From Asterias rubens (Eukaryota), in the NCBI RefSeq assembly GCF_902459465.1, contig NC_047069.1, positions 19,468,001-19,532,000 of the forward strand: a stretch of DNA of 64,000 bases, read 5' to 3'. Shown piece after piece: positions 35,797-59,100 of this stretch. Both the position numbers and the translations under genes were made by a program. The notes under the pieces were generated by a model, which saw nothing but the letters and a program-made list of their open reading frames with translations, searched no databases and was not told where the DNA came from. Position 1 is the stretch's first letter, and each line of letters opens with the position of its first letter.

Positions 35797-36503
35797 TAGC
35801 CTTGCTCGAGGCAGTCGAAGTATTCACTCCGAAAAAAGACCGCCGCTGTATAAAAACCCACCCGTATTCACTGTGCGTAACATCGCACGACACGATGCCC
35901 CCGTACACTATCCGCATGCGTCAGCCGTCAGGCCGAAAGCCTTGTAGGGTCTGTGTTGAAGCCACTGACCTCATTACTAATACTATCATAAGCGAAGAGT
36001 TCCCATGGTCAGCTCATTACCATAATGCCCACGAAAGACAAGACATGTTTACATCACACACCACCACCACGGACGCTCAGCGAGCATGATAGGGTCCAAA
36101 GGTCGTGATAAGGGAAGTGCATGATTGGACGTCAAAATGAATAATTCATTTGCCTCACATCCTGTGTTGTCTGATATAGGTCTGACGAAAGGTATACATA
36201 TTCATGGACTGCATACTAGCATATCCGAGAGCCCCCCCATTTTTTTCCACAAGTGGAAATTTTTTCATGAAACACATTAAACCCGGAAGTTACAGACCCG
36301 ACAAGGCTGTCGGCCTGACGGCCTCCGCATGCGGTTAGTGGTACGAGTGCGGATAACTTGTGTGCACAGTAGTAGTACGATGTGACGGTGTGTATACGGG
36401 TGGGCCATGCGGTGTGATCGCACGCACCACGCACAGGGTATATGGGTGGGTTTACAGCGGCGTCTTTTCGGAGCGAATAATGCGACTGCCTTGAGCAACG
36501 CTA
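35797..36503. mobile_element. Mutator-like non-autonomous element (long form) just upstream of ZNF330
   Basis: Long imperfect TIRs starting TAGCCTTGCTCGAGGCAGTCG / CGACTGCCTTGAGCAACGCTA; perfect 9-bp TSD TGTCACTTC at 35788-35796 and 36504-36512; about 330 bp of internal sequence absent from the 13115 copy. Confidence 0.9.
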
Positions 36504-36544
36504 TGTCACTTCCAGGATACGGAAAGTTTTCCCTTTTTTTTAAT

Positions 36545-36618
36545 GCAAACAACAGAAAATGGCCTGACACTTCGACCCCAGCACTAGCAATTTTTTTTAG
36601 TCTGTCTTTAAGGCGCAT
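36545..36618 (+). other. Putative non-coding first exon of ZNF330
   Basis: AAAATGGCC (YY1-like) start region and donor CAT|GTAAGA at 36618/36619. The first coding exon has an acceptor (TTTGTAG, 37063) 7 nt before its ATG, so an upstream UTR exon is implied. Confidence 0.5.
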
Positions 36619-37070
36619 GTAAGAAAATCTTTCAAATTATGTTATCTTAGTTCAGTGTTTTGTTTGCGCCCTTCGTCTATTTGTTTTTTAAGTGCCTACT
36701 TAAATTTCTTTTATGTGCATTGATTGAAATATTTGTTTAAATACTTTTTAAATATTTTTGTTCTCGACTCTACTGTGGACCTTTGGTATGTAATTGTTAT
36801 TCTTTGTCTCAATGCAAAGACATGTCTTTAGGGACCATTGCCAAGCTCTGCTTCTAAAATGGATCCCTCTGCAGTGTCAAAATTATTTTCATCTTGATAT
36901 ATCTTAGCTGTATTGTATTCTTTAAACTGAAAGCTCTGGAGTGATAATGTTTGATACTGTAGGAAATAAATGAACCTTAAACTTTGAATCTTCTTGGATA
37001 CAGAATAAACTGTGTGTGTGCTAAGTTTGAAGTCTACCGCATCTGGTTCGACTGACTTTGTAGTTCCACC

Positions 37071-47070
<10,000 letters not shown>

Positions 47071-50000
47071 GGTATTACAACAAATAGCATTTGGGTTTCG
47101 ATGGTCAAGACTATGATGGAATTTATGTTTGAGTAAGAAACTAGCCGTTAATTTCACCAAACTCTTCCTAACTTAGGATTAATCTTAGGACTTAGGACGT
47201 GTCCAAAGTTGTAGGACGCATTGAACCCATCCTAAGTTTGGACAGGTTAATCGTCCTAACTTGAGATAGGATTAATCCTAGCGTTTCGTGAAATCGACTG
47301 CAGGGAAACTTACTGTTTATGCCCATTGACAGATTACCAGTTGAACACAGCAAAGCTATTTTTAAAACAGCAATTTATTTTTCAAATTTCAATTTCTTCC
47401 TTTTTTTAGACCGAGTTTTGTGGTTCAAAATAAAAAACTGGAAATAACTTGAAAATACCCAACTGTCCAAGATTTTCAGTTTCATTCCAATGTAAAAGTT
47501 GTTTGTTTTGGCCAGGAAAGGCCATTGAAAACTACTGCATGTTGGAGACCTTTGATCTAAAATATTAGGTTCGTAGGATTGCTTAGTCAAAATAATTTCG
47601 AAATAAAAGCAGGAGCAGTTTTTACGCACTGTGATCAGTCAAGCGGATATGGGTTAAAAAATATTATAGGTTTTTCCAATTTACGTGTTAACAGGGTTTA
47701 CTGTAAGGAACTCAGTTACTTGTAGAAATGCATTTTTTAACATAAGTGTTAAAATGCCAGTTGCATTTTAATTGACAAGTTGAACTGAAAATTTAATGCA
47801 AAGGAAGTAAATTTTCCAATGCTAAATTCCTAAATAAATTTTTAAAAACTTACTCGGATAAACACTTGTTTATTTTTTGTTAACTTTTATTCTATAGTTA
47901 AAGTCATATCAGTTTTACAAACACCCAATGTGCATATTGTATTAATATACACTGTCAAATAACCAAAACTATGTTCTTAAAAATGAATTCATATACAAAA
48001 ATCTATTATTTGTAAGTATCAATGAAGACCATTAAATAAAATACTTTAAAACCGAACACACTTTTTTATATACAATCTGTGTCAATCTATTTGAGGACTA
48101 ACCAACTTTGGCAATTTTAATTAAATTTTGTTTAAATATATACCTGAAACTGACCACAGAACTAACTGAAATCAGTTGGAAACAAAAGTGATACAACCTT
48201 TAGGAAAAACAAGCATGATTTTATAGTTGGTTCAGATACTTGTAGCAAAGCACTAGTGACCAATGTCATTAAGCTGTTAAGCAGAAATACTGCTTTAGCA
48301 AGCTAAGCCAAAAAATGAGTGGGGCACCAATTGCAACAATACTAACTGTGTGGAATTTTGGCTGGTAACCAGTTTCTGTTAAGCAAGACTTGTCTGTGAT
48401 CGGCAAGTTTTTATGCTCCAGGCCTAGATTGTCAAGGAGGCCATGGGGCCGTTGCCCTGGTCTTGGCCTTGGTGCCCCTTCAAAAGTTTCCCATAGACTT
48501 TTTCAAGATTTTAAGATTTTCCAATTGAAGTGCCCTTTTCAAAATTAAAATGGCCTTGCCCTCTCAACAAAGATAAAATTCAAGGCCTGATGCTCACAGG
48601 CTTTATGAAATTGGGCCAATATCAGATTGCAAGGATTTCCCCGTCTAGCAAGTCTACCTGGAAACTCGCCACAGAAGTAATTGATCATTCGCTTACTAAT
48701 GTTTTCTTGCTACAGTAAGCAGCTTTATGAAATTAGGCTTAGTACAAAATCTTTCCATTCCTCTACCCGTCAATACATCCATACATATCCAGTTTGATTC
48801 CTGGGAACATATCATAGTCATCCACAAAGATAAACACATATTGTGCATATATCACTTCCCCCATCGAGTGAGACGTCGTGCTGGTTACGGACGACACAGA
48901 AAATTCCTGGGGGAAAAAATGATAAAACAATGCATATAAGTAGTATAAAATAAGTAGGATTTGAAACTTTGCATGGTGGAAGACGATCAGAGCATACTGA
49001 TCGAAACGTCGAGTTAATCCAACGGTTCTTTTCAGAACTACCCCAACTCATTTAGAGATTGTTATTACATGGAGTTACCGCAAACTCTTCTATATAGTAT
49101 GAAACAACTTTATCATTTTCAATTAATTGCCAAATGGCTTTCTTATTCTATGGAGGAAAGTTAGAAAGGTAATTCAATGTGTACACATTCAAGCCTCGTA
49201 ATTTAAGTGTAATGAAAATTGTAATGAAAAAAGCAATGAAACATTACAACAATGGTATACAAGATCATTAAAGGAACACGTTGCCTTGGATCGGTGGAGT
49301 TGGTCTTTGAAAAGCGTTTGTAACCGTTTGTTATAAAATGCATATGCTTAGAAAGATGTTTTAAAAGTAGAACAATGATCCACACACATTTGCCTTGAAA
49401 TTGCATGGTTTTCATTTTACTTTAATAACAAACACAGTCGGCCATTTATGGTGGTCAAAAATTTGACTCCCATAAATGGGCGACTGTGTTAGCTCGCAAA
49501 GTAAAATGAAAACCACGCAATTTTGAGTGATACTTGTAAGCCCTTACGAGCTTGCATGCTATGTAGGACTGTGGCCACAAATTGTTTGTGGGTACAAGTG
49601 GTGTTTTTTTAACGCTACTTCCCAATTTCATAGAGCTGCTAGGCACAAAAATTTGCTTAGCATGAAATATTTTGCCTGATAAAAACAGGATTTCTAACAA
49701 AATTTCCACGTGATTTTCAGGATAAGCAAACAACAGCTGAATACATGTAACAAGCAATATGCAACAAATGGAAATTTGGTTGGTAATCCTGTTTTTATTA
49801 AGAAAGAAATTTGTGTGCTAAGCAAATTTTTGTGCTAAGCAGCTTTATGAAATTGGGCCCTGATAACAAAGGGGCTCACATAATGTAGGGACTTATTTCA
49901 ACACTAATATGGACTTCACATGTCCACACAGTGTTAAATCCAGTGTTGAAGAAGAAGTGTCAAGAACAAAGGATTGTCCACAGAGTAGCAACACAGAGCT

Positions 50001-50131
50001 GTGTGGGGGGGGAGCTCAAGTAGCTAACATTGCATGAGTGAAAGGTGAGAGCGTGGTGTGCTACGTTAAATCGGTTAGGGTTCACCGATGCGTCTCATTT
50101 GGGATGGCTGGGGTTATGTTAAGCAAAGCTA

Positions 50132-53100
50132 TCACACAGCCTTGAAATCAAGACTATGCTTCACGCTGTGTCCAAAGTAAATGACCTTGTCCATGGTTGT
50201 AAGCTTAATCACAAGACAAAATGTCCAAAGATTTACATTAATAATAGTAATAATAGTGGCTACTGATATAGCGAACAGGTCCATCACGCAGTGACACTTA
50301 TGGCACTTCAACACGGTTTGATGGTAGAAAGCTTCCCTCAAAATATTACTAGCTTAGGTGCTGTAGTGTTTTAGAAAAGCAATGCCAGACAATAATTTTT
50401 GTCTCAGTGAGACAAAAATTATTTCAGCATGTACAAATTTTTGTACCAGTAAATACTTTATACATGCTTAACCCATTAGTATTGACCTGACCTTATATTA
50501 CCATATCCGAGTGATAGAAAACAAAGATGGCGTCTCAGACCAACCCATACCTTAGCCTCAAATAAGCCTCTCTCAGTCACAAGTTGGATGTCTTGATCCA
50601 GGTCCAATTTGTAGCCGATTCTGAATTTAGTGACGCCAGTGTATTGGCTGATCCCGCTGATGTACATTCCTTTAGTCTCCATCTAAAGAGAAATCACATT
50701 TTGTAAAATGTTCATAAATCATGGTTAAAGGAACACGTTGCCTTGGATCGGTCGAGTTGGTCTTTAAAGCGCTATGTAACCGTTTGTTATAAAATCGGTA
50801 TGGTTAGAAAGATGTTGTAAAAGTAGAATACAATGATCTAGACAAATATGCATCGAAATTGCGTGGTTTTCGTTTTACCCTGTCGACAAACACGGTCAGC
50901 CATTTATGGGGGTCAAAAATTTGACTACCATAAATGGCCGACCGTGTTAGTTCGCGACGTAAAATGAAACATTCTACATTTCATAACAAACGGTTTCAAA
51001 CACTTTTCATAGACCAACTCGTCTGATCCAAGGCAACGTGTTCCTTTTATATATGGACCTTTCTAAACTTTTGAATCCAATGATGGGTTTAAAGGCACTG
51101 GACACTATTGGTAATGACTCAAAATAATTATTAGCATAAAACCTTACTTAGTAACAAGCAATGGAGAGCTGTTGATGGCTTAAATCATTGTGAGAAATGG
51201 CTCCCTCTGAAGTAATTTAGTTTTCAAGAAAGAAGTAATGTTCCACTAAAATATTTTAATTTAGAATTAGATTTGAAGGTCCCCAAATCAATCATCTGAA
51301 AGCATTTAACTTTGTGTGACAAGGGTGTTTTTTCTTCCATTATTATCTCGTAACTTCGACGACCAATTGAGTTCAAATTTTCACAAGTTTGTTATTTTGG
51401 GCATATGTTGAGATACACCAAGCATGCCAAGTGAGAAGACTGGTCTTTGACAAATACCTAGGAATTGGCATAGGGTGCATGCTTTACACACATCAGTTTA
51501 TGGATGAAAACAACTTGTATTCTTTTTCCAATTGCAATGTCACACCCTAAATTTGTTACCAACCAAGGCTGGTAAACATGCAAAACAAAAACAGATAGCC
51601 ACAGTTTGTAGCAATGTTACTTAAATATTTAAAAATGGTGTTGAATTTGTTGGACACAAACCAACCAATCATCGGATGTACATTGTTTGAAGTTATTGAA
51701 GTTTGTGTTTAAAAAACCAACCCTGTTGAATGAGCGCTTGCTTCCCAGATTGATCTCCATCTCAAAAGGGATGTCGACGTCAATGTTGGTGAAATTTGTC
51801 AGCTCAATGGTCGGGTTCTGATCGAGAGTATCAAACCAGAGGTCATAATCATCAGTGGCATCATTGTTGTGCATCGGGGTACCAGACATCTGACTCTTGG
51901 TGATTCCAAATGGTAGATTGCAGTCTGTCATAATTGAAGTTAAAATAGAAATTAATTTAAAAAAAACTAAAGGTTCATACTTTATGCAAATACGAAGCTA
52001 ATTTTGACGTCATGGGGCTATTTTTGCAGAGAATGTTTTTGCAGGAGTTGATTCATTTCAACTGTGCAAATTATTCGTTGCGAATTTGTGAGGTCAAAGA
52101 TCGTATTGCATTTGCATTCGCAGAGAGTATGAACCAGGCTTTTGTGTAACATAAGCCTTGAGGGTGGAAATACATGAAAAGACATAGTATTTAGAGAGAT
52201 AGTCAGAAAGCACACAGCAAAAAGCAAGGGGTAAACATAGCTCAGGTTGGACTCCTCCCATGCATACAATGTGCTGACCGTTACGTCCTACCAGGGCGAG
52301 GGGTAAGCAATGAAACTTTGAAACTTACCACCAGCATAGTACACAGACTGCGTTCCGAAACCACCGCACGGATATCCCTCAGTGCCGCAGGTATTGACGC
52401 ACTGGCCTGCCAGAACCTTGTTATTCTTCATGGACGAACCGCAAGCACACTCTCCAGCACTCTTAGACATACCCACGAGCTGGTAACCGAGGTTGGAACA
52501 GTATGTGGTGCAGTTCCCGATGTCCAGACCGATGCTGGTAGTTATGGTGTCGTTGACGTCGCCCTCGGAAAAGCATCCAATCATTTTCGCTGGTTCTGTG
52601 AAGTTGTTTTTACATCAAATTGAGTTTATCTGATAGTGTTGTATGAGGACAACGCCTAGTCTAAACTATGTCAATGGATCTCTTGTATGAAAACAAAATA
52701 TTCTCGGTACCTTTTGTACTGTTATTTTGGTTTATGTATGATGCTCTTTGTTTTTTTAAAATTAATTAACTAAAACTTCTGACTACCATTAGTCGTCACA
52801 CGTGTCACAGCCTGAGTAGCCTACTAACTCGGTTACACATGGTAAAACTTTCTTTTTTCCATGTTTGCTGTTGAGGCTTAAGTTTGTTTCTCTGACCTTT
52901 GGACACTTGCAAAGTAGTCAATTCCTACCCCCAGCTCCCCTTAGCTATTCTTGTCTGTAATGGTTTTTTTATAGAAAGTGCACTTTATAAGTCTGTATTT
53001 TTATTTATAAGTAATACCAGGAGTGGCTTTTAAAGCTCGGTCACAAAGGCCCCGATAACGAGAACAATAACGAGAATGATAAGAATGCACACCCTCGATC

Positions 53101-56100
53101 GGTTGAATAGTCGTGGGCGTATTCTGTGTGGAGCAATTCAACCAATTGGCTTGCATTTTTATCGTTCTTGTTTTCATTCTCATTATCAGGGCCTGTGTGA
53201 CAGGGCCTGTTTTTTTGTTTTATTTGATCAATCTCTTACCATTTCTGCATTTCAAACGGAATTTGTAATCGTTACACTGCGGTGCGACTTTATCCATCCT
53301 CCATGTCAGCCGTGCATACGTCTCGTTAACGGTGATATTCCTAACGAGGCTCAGCGTCTCATTGTTACACATTAGGTACCCAGTATCCAGACCATTGTTT
53401 CCATCTACCACGGTCGTGTTTCCAATGGTCGAATTATCCATTGTTCCGTTTACTCCGCCCGTTGTTGAATTACCAACTGTTCCGTTAATTCCACCTAGTG
53501 TTGAATTACCCACTGTTCCGTTAATTCCGACCGTTGTTGAATTACCCATCGTTCCGATCACTCCACCTGTCGCGTTTGTCATCGTCTGATTGGCCATTGT
53601 CTGGTTCAACATGGTTCCGTTTAATGACGTTGCGTTGCTTGAGGCATTGACCCACTCACAGGCAAGCTCAGTGACGTTGTAGTCTTCTTCTATTTGAACA
53701 AACCGCCAGTCAGGAACGGTGAAAGTTACGTTCACATAGTAAACCTTTTAGAAAATACAAAACAAAAAGAATAACTCGGTGTCTTAGTCCAACAATGAAA
53801 TCAAATTTAAAAACTCAAAATGGTTTTCTTCTGACGACACATTGAGCTTGCATGTCGAAATGTTCCCTTGTTTCCCCAAATGCCGTATCTGCCATTTAAA
53901 AAAAAAGTAAAACAAAGTATTTCAACAATGCTACTGCAAACCTTCAGAGATTAAGTGAACTTAATCACTGTACTAGCCATGACCCCATGGAGAGAAGACA
54001 AGGAAGGAAGTTTCAGTTTAAGATGTTTTAGAGGAAAACACTCTTGTTGCATTACTTTGTGTGCTTTCAGATGCATAATAAAAAGGCTTCAGCTGAAGTC
54101 ATTTATTATTTGAGTGAGAAATTACCTCTTTAAAAAAAAAAACTAATGCTAATGAGGGAGCCGTTTTATACTATCAACAGCCCTCCATTACTTGTTTTTA
54201 TGCTAACAGTTATTTTGAGTAGTGTCCGGTTTCTTAACAAACCTGCAAGCTCTGTGTGCAGTTGATTCCTCCCTCCAGTGTACACTCCACATGGAACTGA
54301 TCTCCAGTTTCGTCGAAGGGTGTGTCCTGCGACTGACATTGGATGTCCAGAGGGTTTGCACAGATCCAAGGCATGGTGTTGGCAACTTCTTGGGTCGTCT
54401 CGATGTCATTACCGTCAACCCATGGGGAGTCAAAGTTGAACCACTCGGACCAAAACTCTGTGTCTGTTTGAATAAGAGTAAACTTGAATGAAGTGATTTT
54501 GAGGATCATTTGAGAGGGACAAAGTCAGTTGGAAGCTTGGAAGGTTTACTGGTGACTGATCTATGTTCTGATAAACTAGCTGTTCCAAAAAAAAATGTGA
54601 TTTACACACTAGGGTTATGGTGGGCGTTATGAATCGCGGTAACATCATGTAATAGTCTAGATCTAGGAGTTTTTCTGAAATGACAATAACTCTGTTAACA
54701 ACTGAGTTAGTTCTCAACCGATCACAACTCATTGAGACATTCCATAGTGTTACCGCAAACTTACTGTAATGGCCATTTAAAGTTTCAAATCCTAATAAAT
54801 GCTAACCCGTGTTTCATTTTTCTCTTTAGATTTCAGTTTTTCATCTTGTTGGTTGAAACATTAATATAGCTGCCCAAAAGGTTAGGGTTAGGGTGGGATT
54901 AGGGTTAGGATTATGAAATTTGGTTAGGGCTACTGTTAGAGATAGGGTTAGGGTTAGGATTAGGATTAGGAAATAGGGTTAGGGCTACTGTTAGAGTAAG
55001 GGATAGGGTTAGGATTAGGATTAGGAAATAGGGTTAGGGCTACTGTTAGAGTAAGGGATAGGGTTAGGATTAGGATTAGGAAATAGGGTTAGGGCTACTG
55101 TTAGAGATAGGGTTAGGGTTAGGATTAGGAAATAGGGTTAGGGCTACTGTTAGAGTAAGGGATAGGGTTAGGATTAGGATTAGGAAATAGGGTTAGGGCT
55201 ACTGTTAGAGTAAGGAATAGGGTTAGGGTTAGGATTAGGAAATAGGGTTAGGGCTACTGTTAGAGATAGGGTTAGGGTTAGGATTAGGAAATAGGGTTAG
55301 GGCTACTGTTAGAGATAGGGTTAGGGTTAGGATTAGGAAATAGGGTTAGGGCTACTTATACTGTTTTTAGGGCAAGGAATAGGGCTAGGGTTTGGGCATG
55401 GAGATAGAAAAGGTTAGGGTAAGGGTAGAGTTAGGATAGGAAAATACACTAGGGATTTCAGAACATAGGTATGTAACCCTTTTTCATACTCACTTGTACT
55501 ATCCATCTGAAAGATGGAGTATGTGTTACTGCCCCCGCAGTATTTCCCCATCTCATCCCCTCCAGGGCATGCCATATTGCACTGCGACGTAGTCTCGTAC
55601 GTCAGTCCAACCAAGGAATTATGGCACACACAGGTCGATGCGTTGAATAAGGCGGTAAACTGATACCCAGAGTCACGACACTCCTCGAGGCATTCTCTCA
55701 CCGTCACTCCGGGATAGGCAGGGGTGGTAGACGGGGGCGCCTGGGTGGTTGCATTGCTGTCACCACTGGTTGACTGGGTGGTAGTGGGGACTTGCGGGGT
55801 GGCAACGGACGGAGTGTAGCTACGGATCTCGTTGCCATTTTGGATTGATCCAGAGAAACAACCTCTGTAGGATGTACCATCTGAAGAGGAGCCTAACAAA
55901 ATCGATTTGAAAACAAAGACAGATTTACTTGAGTGGTATGACCTGCCGAAGGATCTCCAGAAACATCACAAAATAAGCACAAAATTGGCCGCTAATAATC
56001 CAAATGAAAATGAGCCCAGCTTCTTACCAGCCCAGTACACCGAGGCGTAGGACTTCCCTCCACAAGTCTCGCTAGAATCTCCAGGGCAGTTTGTTGAGCA

Positions 56101-59100
56101 CTGGGACTCGTCAGATAAGTCTGTTGCCTGCATGTCACGAATACAGTAACAACCGTTACCAATCAAAGCTGCAAAGGAATTTTGAAAGAGAAAAATGTAT
56201 TAAAGTGAAGACTTTTATAGGCAATTAAACTATAGTCAGAGTACAGTAGGCATGTGGACAAATTAATCTTCTTTAAAAAATAATTTGAGTTATCTTAAAA
56301 CTTCAATTCAATGTGACGTTTAGCTCACATTGATGTCCTGAATGGCATTTAAACAAATTTGTGTAAGGAAGATTTAAGCACATGTTTTAAGCCGAAATAA
56401 GTATGGCAGGTAAATGTAGAAAACAGGACAGCACTTCAAGAAAAGAATAAGACATGAGCAGAACAATACAAACTATGGTCAAATGGCCAAAAACAATCAA
56501 ACAAACAAACAAACAAACCACAAAAACATGCATGGGAAAGTAGAAAACTAAAAAAAAATATTTTGACGAGTCTAACCCCAATTAATCTTCCAAATCAAAT
56601 CGTAAGATGATATTAAAATATTAATAATGTCAGTCTATCTAAGTCTTTAAAATTCCAGTATTTCAGCCCACATAATATATATCTAGTCATTCGAGTCTGA
56701 TGTCATCTGGCTTTGTTGTCATTTTTTCCCCTGTTTTAGCTTGTTTTTTGTTGTTGTTTTTTTGCCTTGTTCTTTGCCTTGTGTGTTTACCTATTTTGTG
56801 TTTAATTTTGAAATTTGTATACAATCTTTTATACATCCTTAAATGTTTTACTCTCAATGTAAAAGAATGAAAAACTACTCAATTTGTCCGCCATACACTC
56901 TTGCAAACAGCCATATGGCGGACAACTCTTTTAGAGTGAAGTTAGTTCAACTTTCACTCAAAAAGAGTGGCACTTTCACTCTCAAAAGAGCGAAACACCA
57001 CTCGGACAAGAGAGTGAAATTTTCACTCTTTTACATTAAGAGAGTAAGAACAATATCAATGACTATTTATATAGGTATTTTGTTGCTTTACTTCCAATAA
57101 ATCTTACCTGCTAATTTGAAGCCAGTCATTGAGCAGATATCCATGCATGACGGAATGGTCATATCACTGCTGGTGGTTACCAGGGAAACGTCATAGTTTG
57201 ACTCCAGTTGACTCTGGACATAGCAACCAACATAAGGGTAGACTGAAATGAAAGAGAAACAATTGATTTGTACTAATTATCTTTTTCTTGTTAATGAATT
57301 CATTAATGTTCTTTATCTACTAATGTTTTGGGTTAACATCTATTTCGGGTTGGCAGAACTTACAAAAACAACTGCAGACAGTGTGTTCATGTGTTTGTAT
57401 GATCAAACATAATACACGTGAAATAACAAACCTGTGAAAATTTAGTGGAAACCAATTATAGTTTCAGCATGTAAACCCATTGTCCTTAATTTTGGTTGTA
57501 AACAACTGAAATCAGCTGTAGGCCTACAAATTTGATAGGTTTTCAGATACAGTTTATCCCATAAAGTTGTATCAATTAATTTCAGAGGGAAATATTTCAC
57601 AGAAAAAATGTTCTAGTAAACTCTATGGACCAGGTAGGTTTTATCAGTAAACTTTCAGACTCAAATTGAACAATGATGTATTGTATGCCTAGGCCTACCA
57701 ATTTGATTTTGAAACTTGTTAAACGAATACTAAATGGTCAAATACAAAACAAATACCAGTTGATCATCCCCTCCCTCATCCTTTTAAAAGGCTGCATCCT
57801 TTTTTTAACTCTTTTTTTCTTTTTAAACTTGTCGTGTGTTTCTCAATAAACTTAATCATATTTTAAGAACTTGTAACTACTTACATAAAGTAAGTGGTGA
57901 CTTAAAAATGATTGGGGGCCACCTTTGAAGAAATAAAAAAAATTAAAAAGGCCCCCATTCTCCTCTTTTGGGGAAAACCCTGATGATCAACTATTTTTGG
58001 TTGTTACTCGACTCAATTACTCATACACTCAACTGAAAGGGGACAATAGAGTCAATCTATGCAAACAAAAGGCACAAGAAATTTATTTATGTGGCAACAA
58101 TCTCTTGAAACCCTCCAAAACAACCTATCAAAAAAAGTAGAGAAAAATAAGTATTTCTCCTATTTTTTGTTTTTTTAAATAACTTTTTGGACAGGTTGTT
58201 TTGGAGGGTTTCAAGAGCAGATGCATAAAAATCATTTCGGTTGAAATTTTGTCTAGGTCAAACCACAGATTGACCTAGACAACAGAGGCGAATTTTATCT
58301 CACATAAATTAAAGTTAATGTCAATTGCTCCTCTACCTACCATTACATTCTTCTTCACTGTCACAGTCTGTTACATTTGTGTTTGGTCCCACGCAATCCT
58401 TGCCGGGTAGAATCTGCCAGGGGTTGCTACAGTTTCGATAACTTATTGACTTGCAGACTGGGGTGCGACACTCAGACCAATTGCCCCATCTTGAGAAACC
58501 TCCGTCCACTGGTGACAGCTCTGTAAAGGTATATCTTAGTGGTTGATATTTCTATCTATATATTCGCAATATTTGAAATTATTTATTTATGTATTTGATA
58601 TTTTTATGAAACAACTAACTATTATAAACATTACAATTATTACTTAATTGACAGATACAAATTACAATGGACACTATTGGTAATTGCCAAAGACCAGTCT
58701 TCTCACTTGGTGTATCACAACATTAAAATGCATAAAATAACAAACCTGTGAAAATTTGTGCTCAATCGGTCATCGAAGTTGCGAGATAATAATGAAAGAA
58801 AAATCACACTTGTCACACGAAGTTGTGTGCTTTCAGATGTTTGATTTTGAGACCTCAAATTCTAAATCTGAGATCTCGAAATCAAATTAATTTTATGGAA
58901 AATTACTTCGTCCTCGAAAACAACGTTACTTCAGAGGGAGCCGTTTCTCACAATATTTTATACTATCAACCTCTCCCCATTACTCGTTACTAAGTAAAGT
59001 TTTATGCTATAATTATTTTGAGTAATTACAAATAGTGTCCATTGCCTTTAAAACAAAGCTGAGAAAACCAAAAACCACGTGGCAATCAAAACATTTAAAT

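Noticed and set aside
53831-53866. Third hammerhead-like motif CTGACGA..ATGTCGAAATGTTC
   Set aside because: Stem II is only 4 bp and out of register, there is no stem I and no family context; it cannot be told from chance.
54880-55440. True chromosome end or fusion site
   Set aside because: Repeats are degenerate, single-orientation and punctuated, and lie inside an intron of an intact gene.
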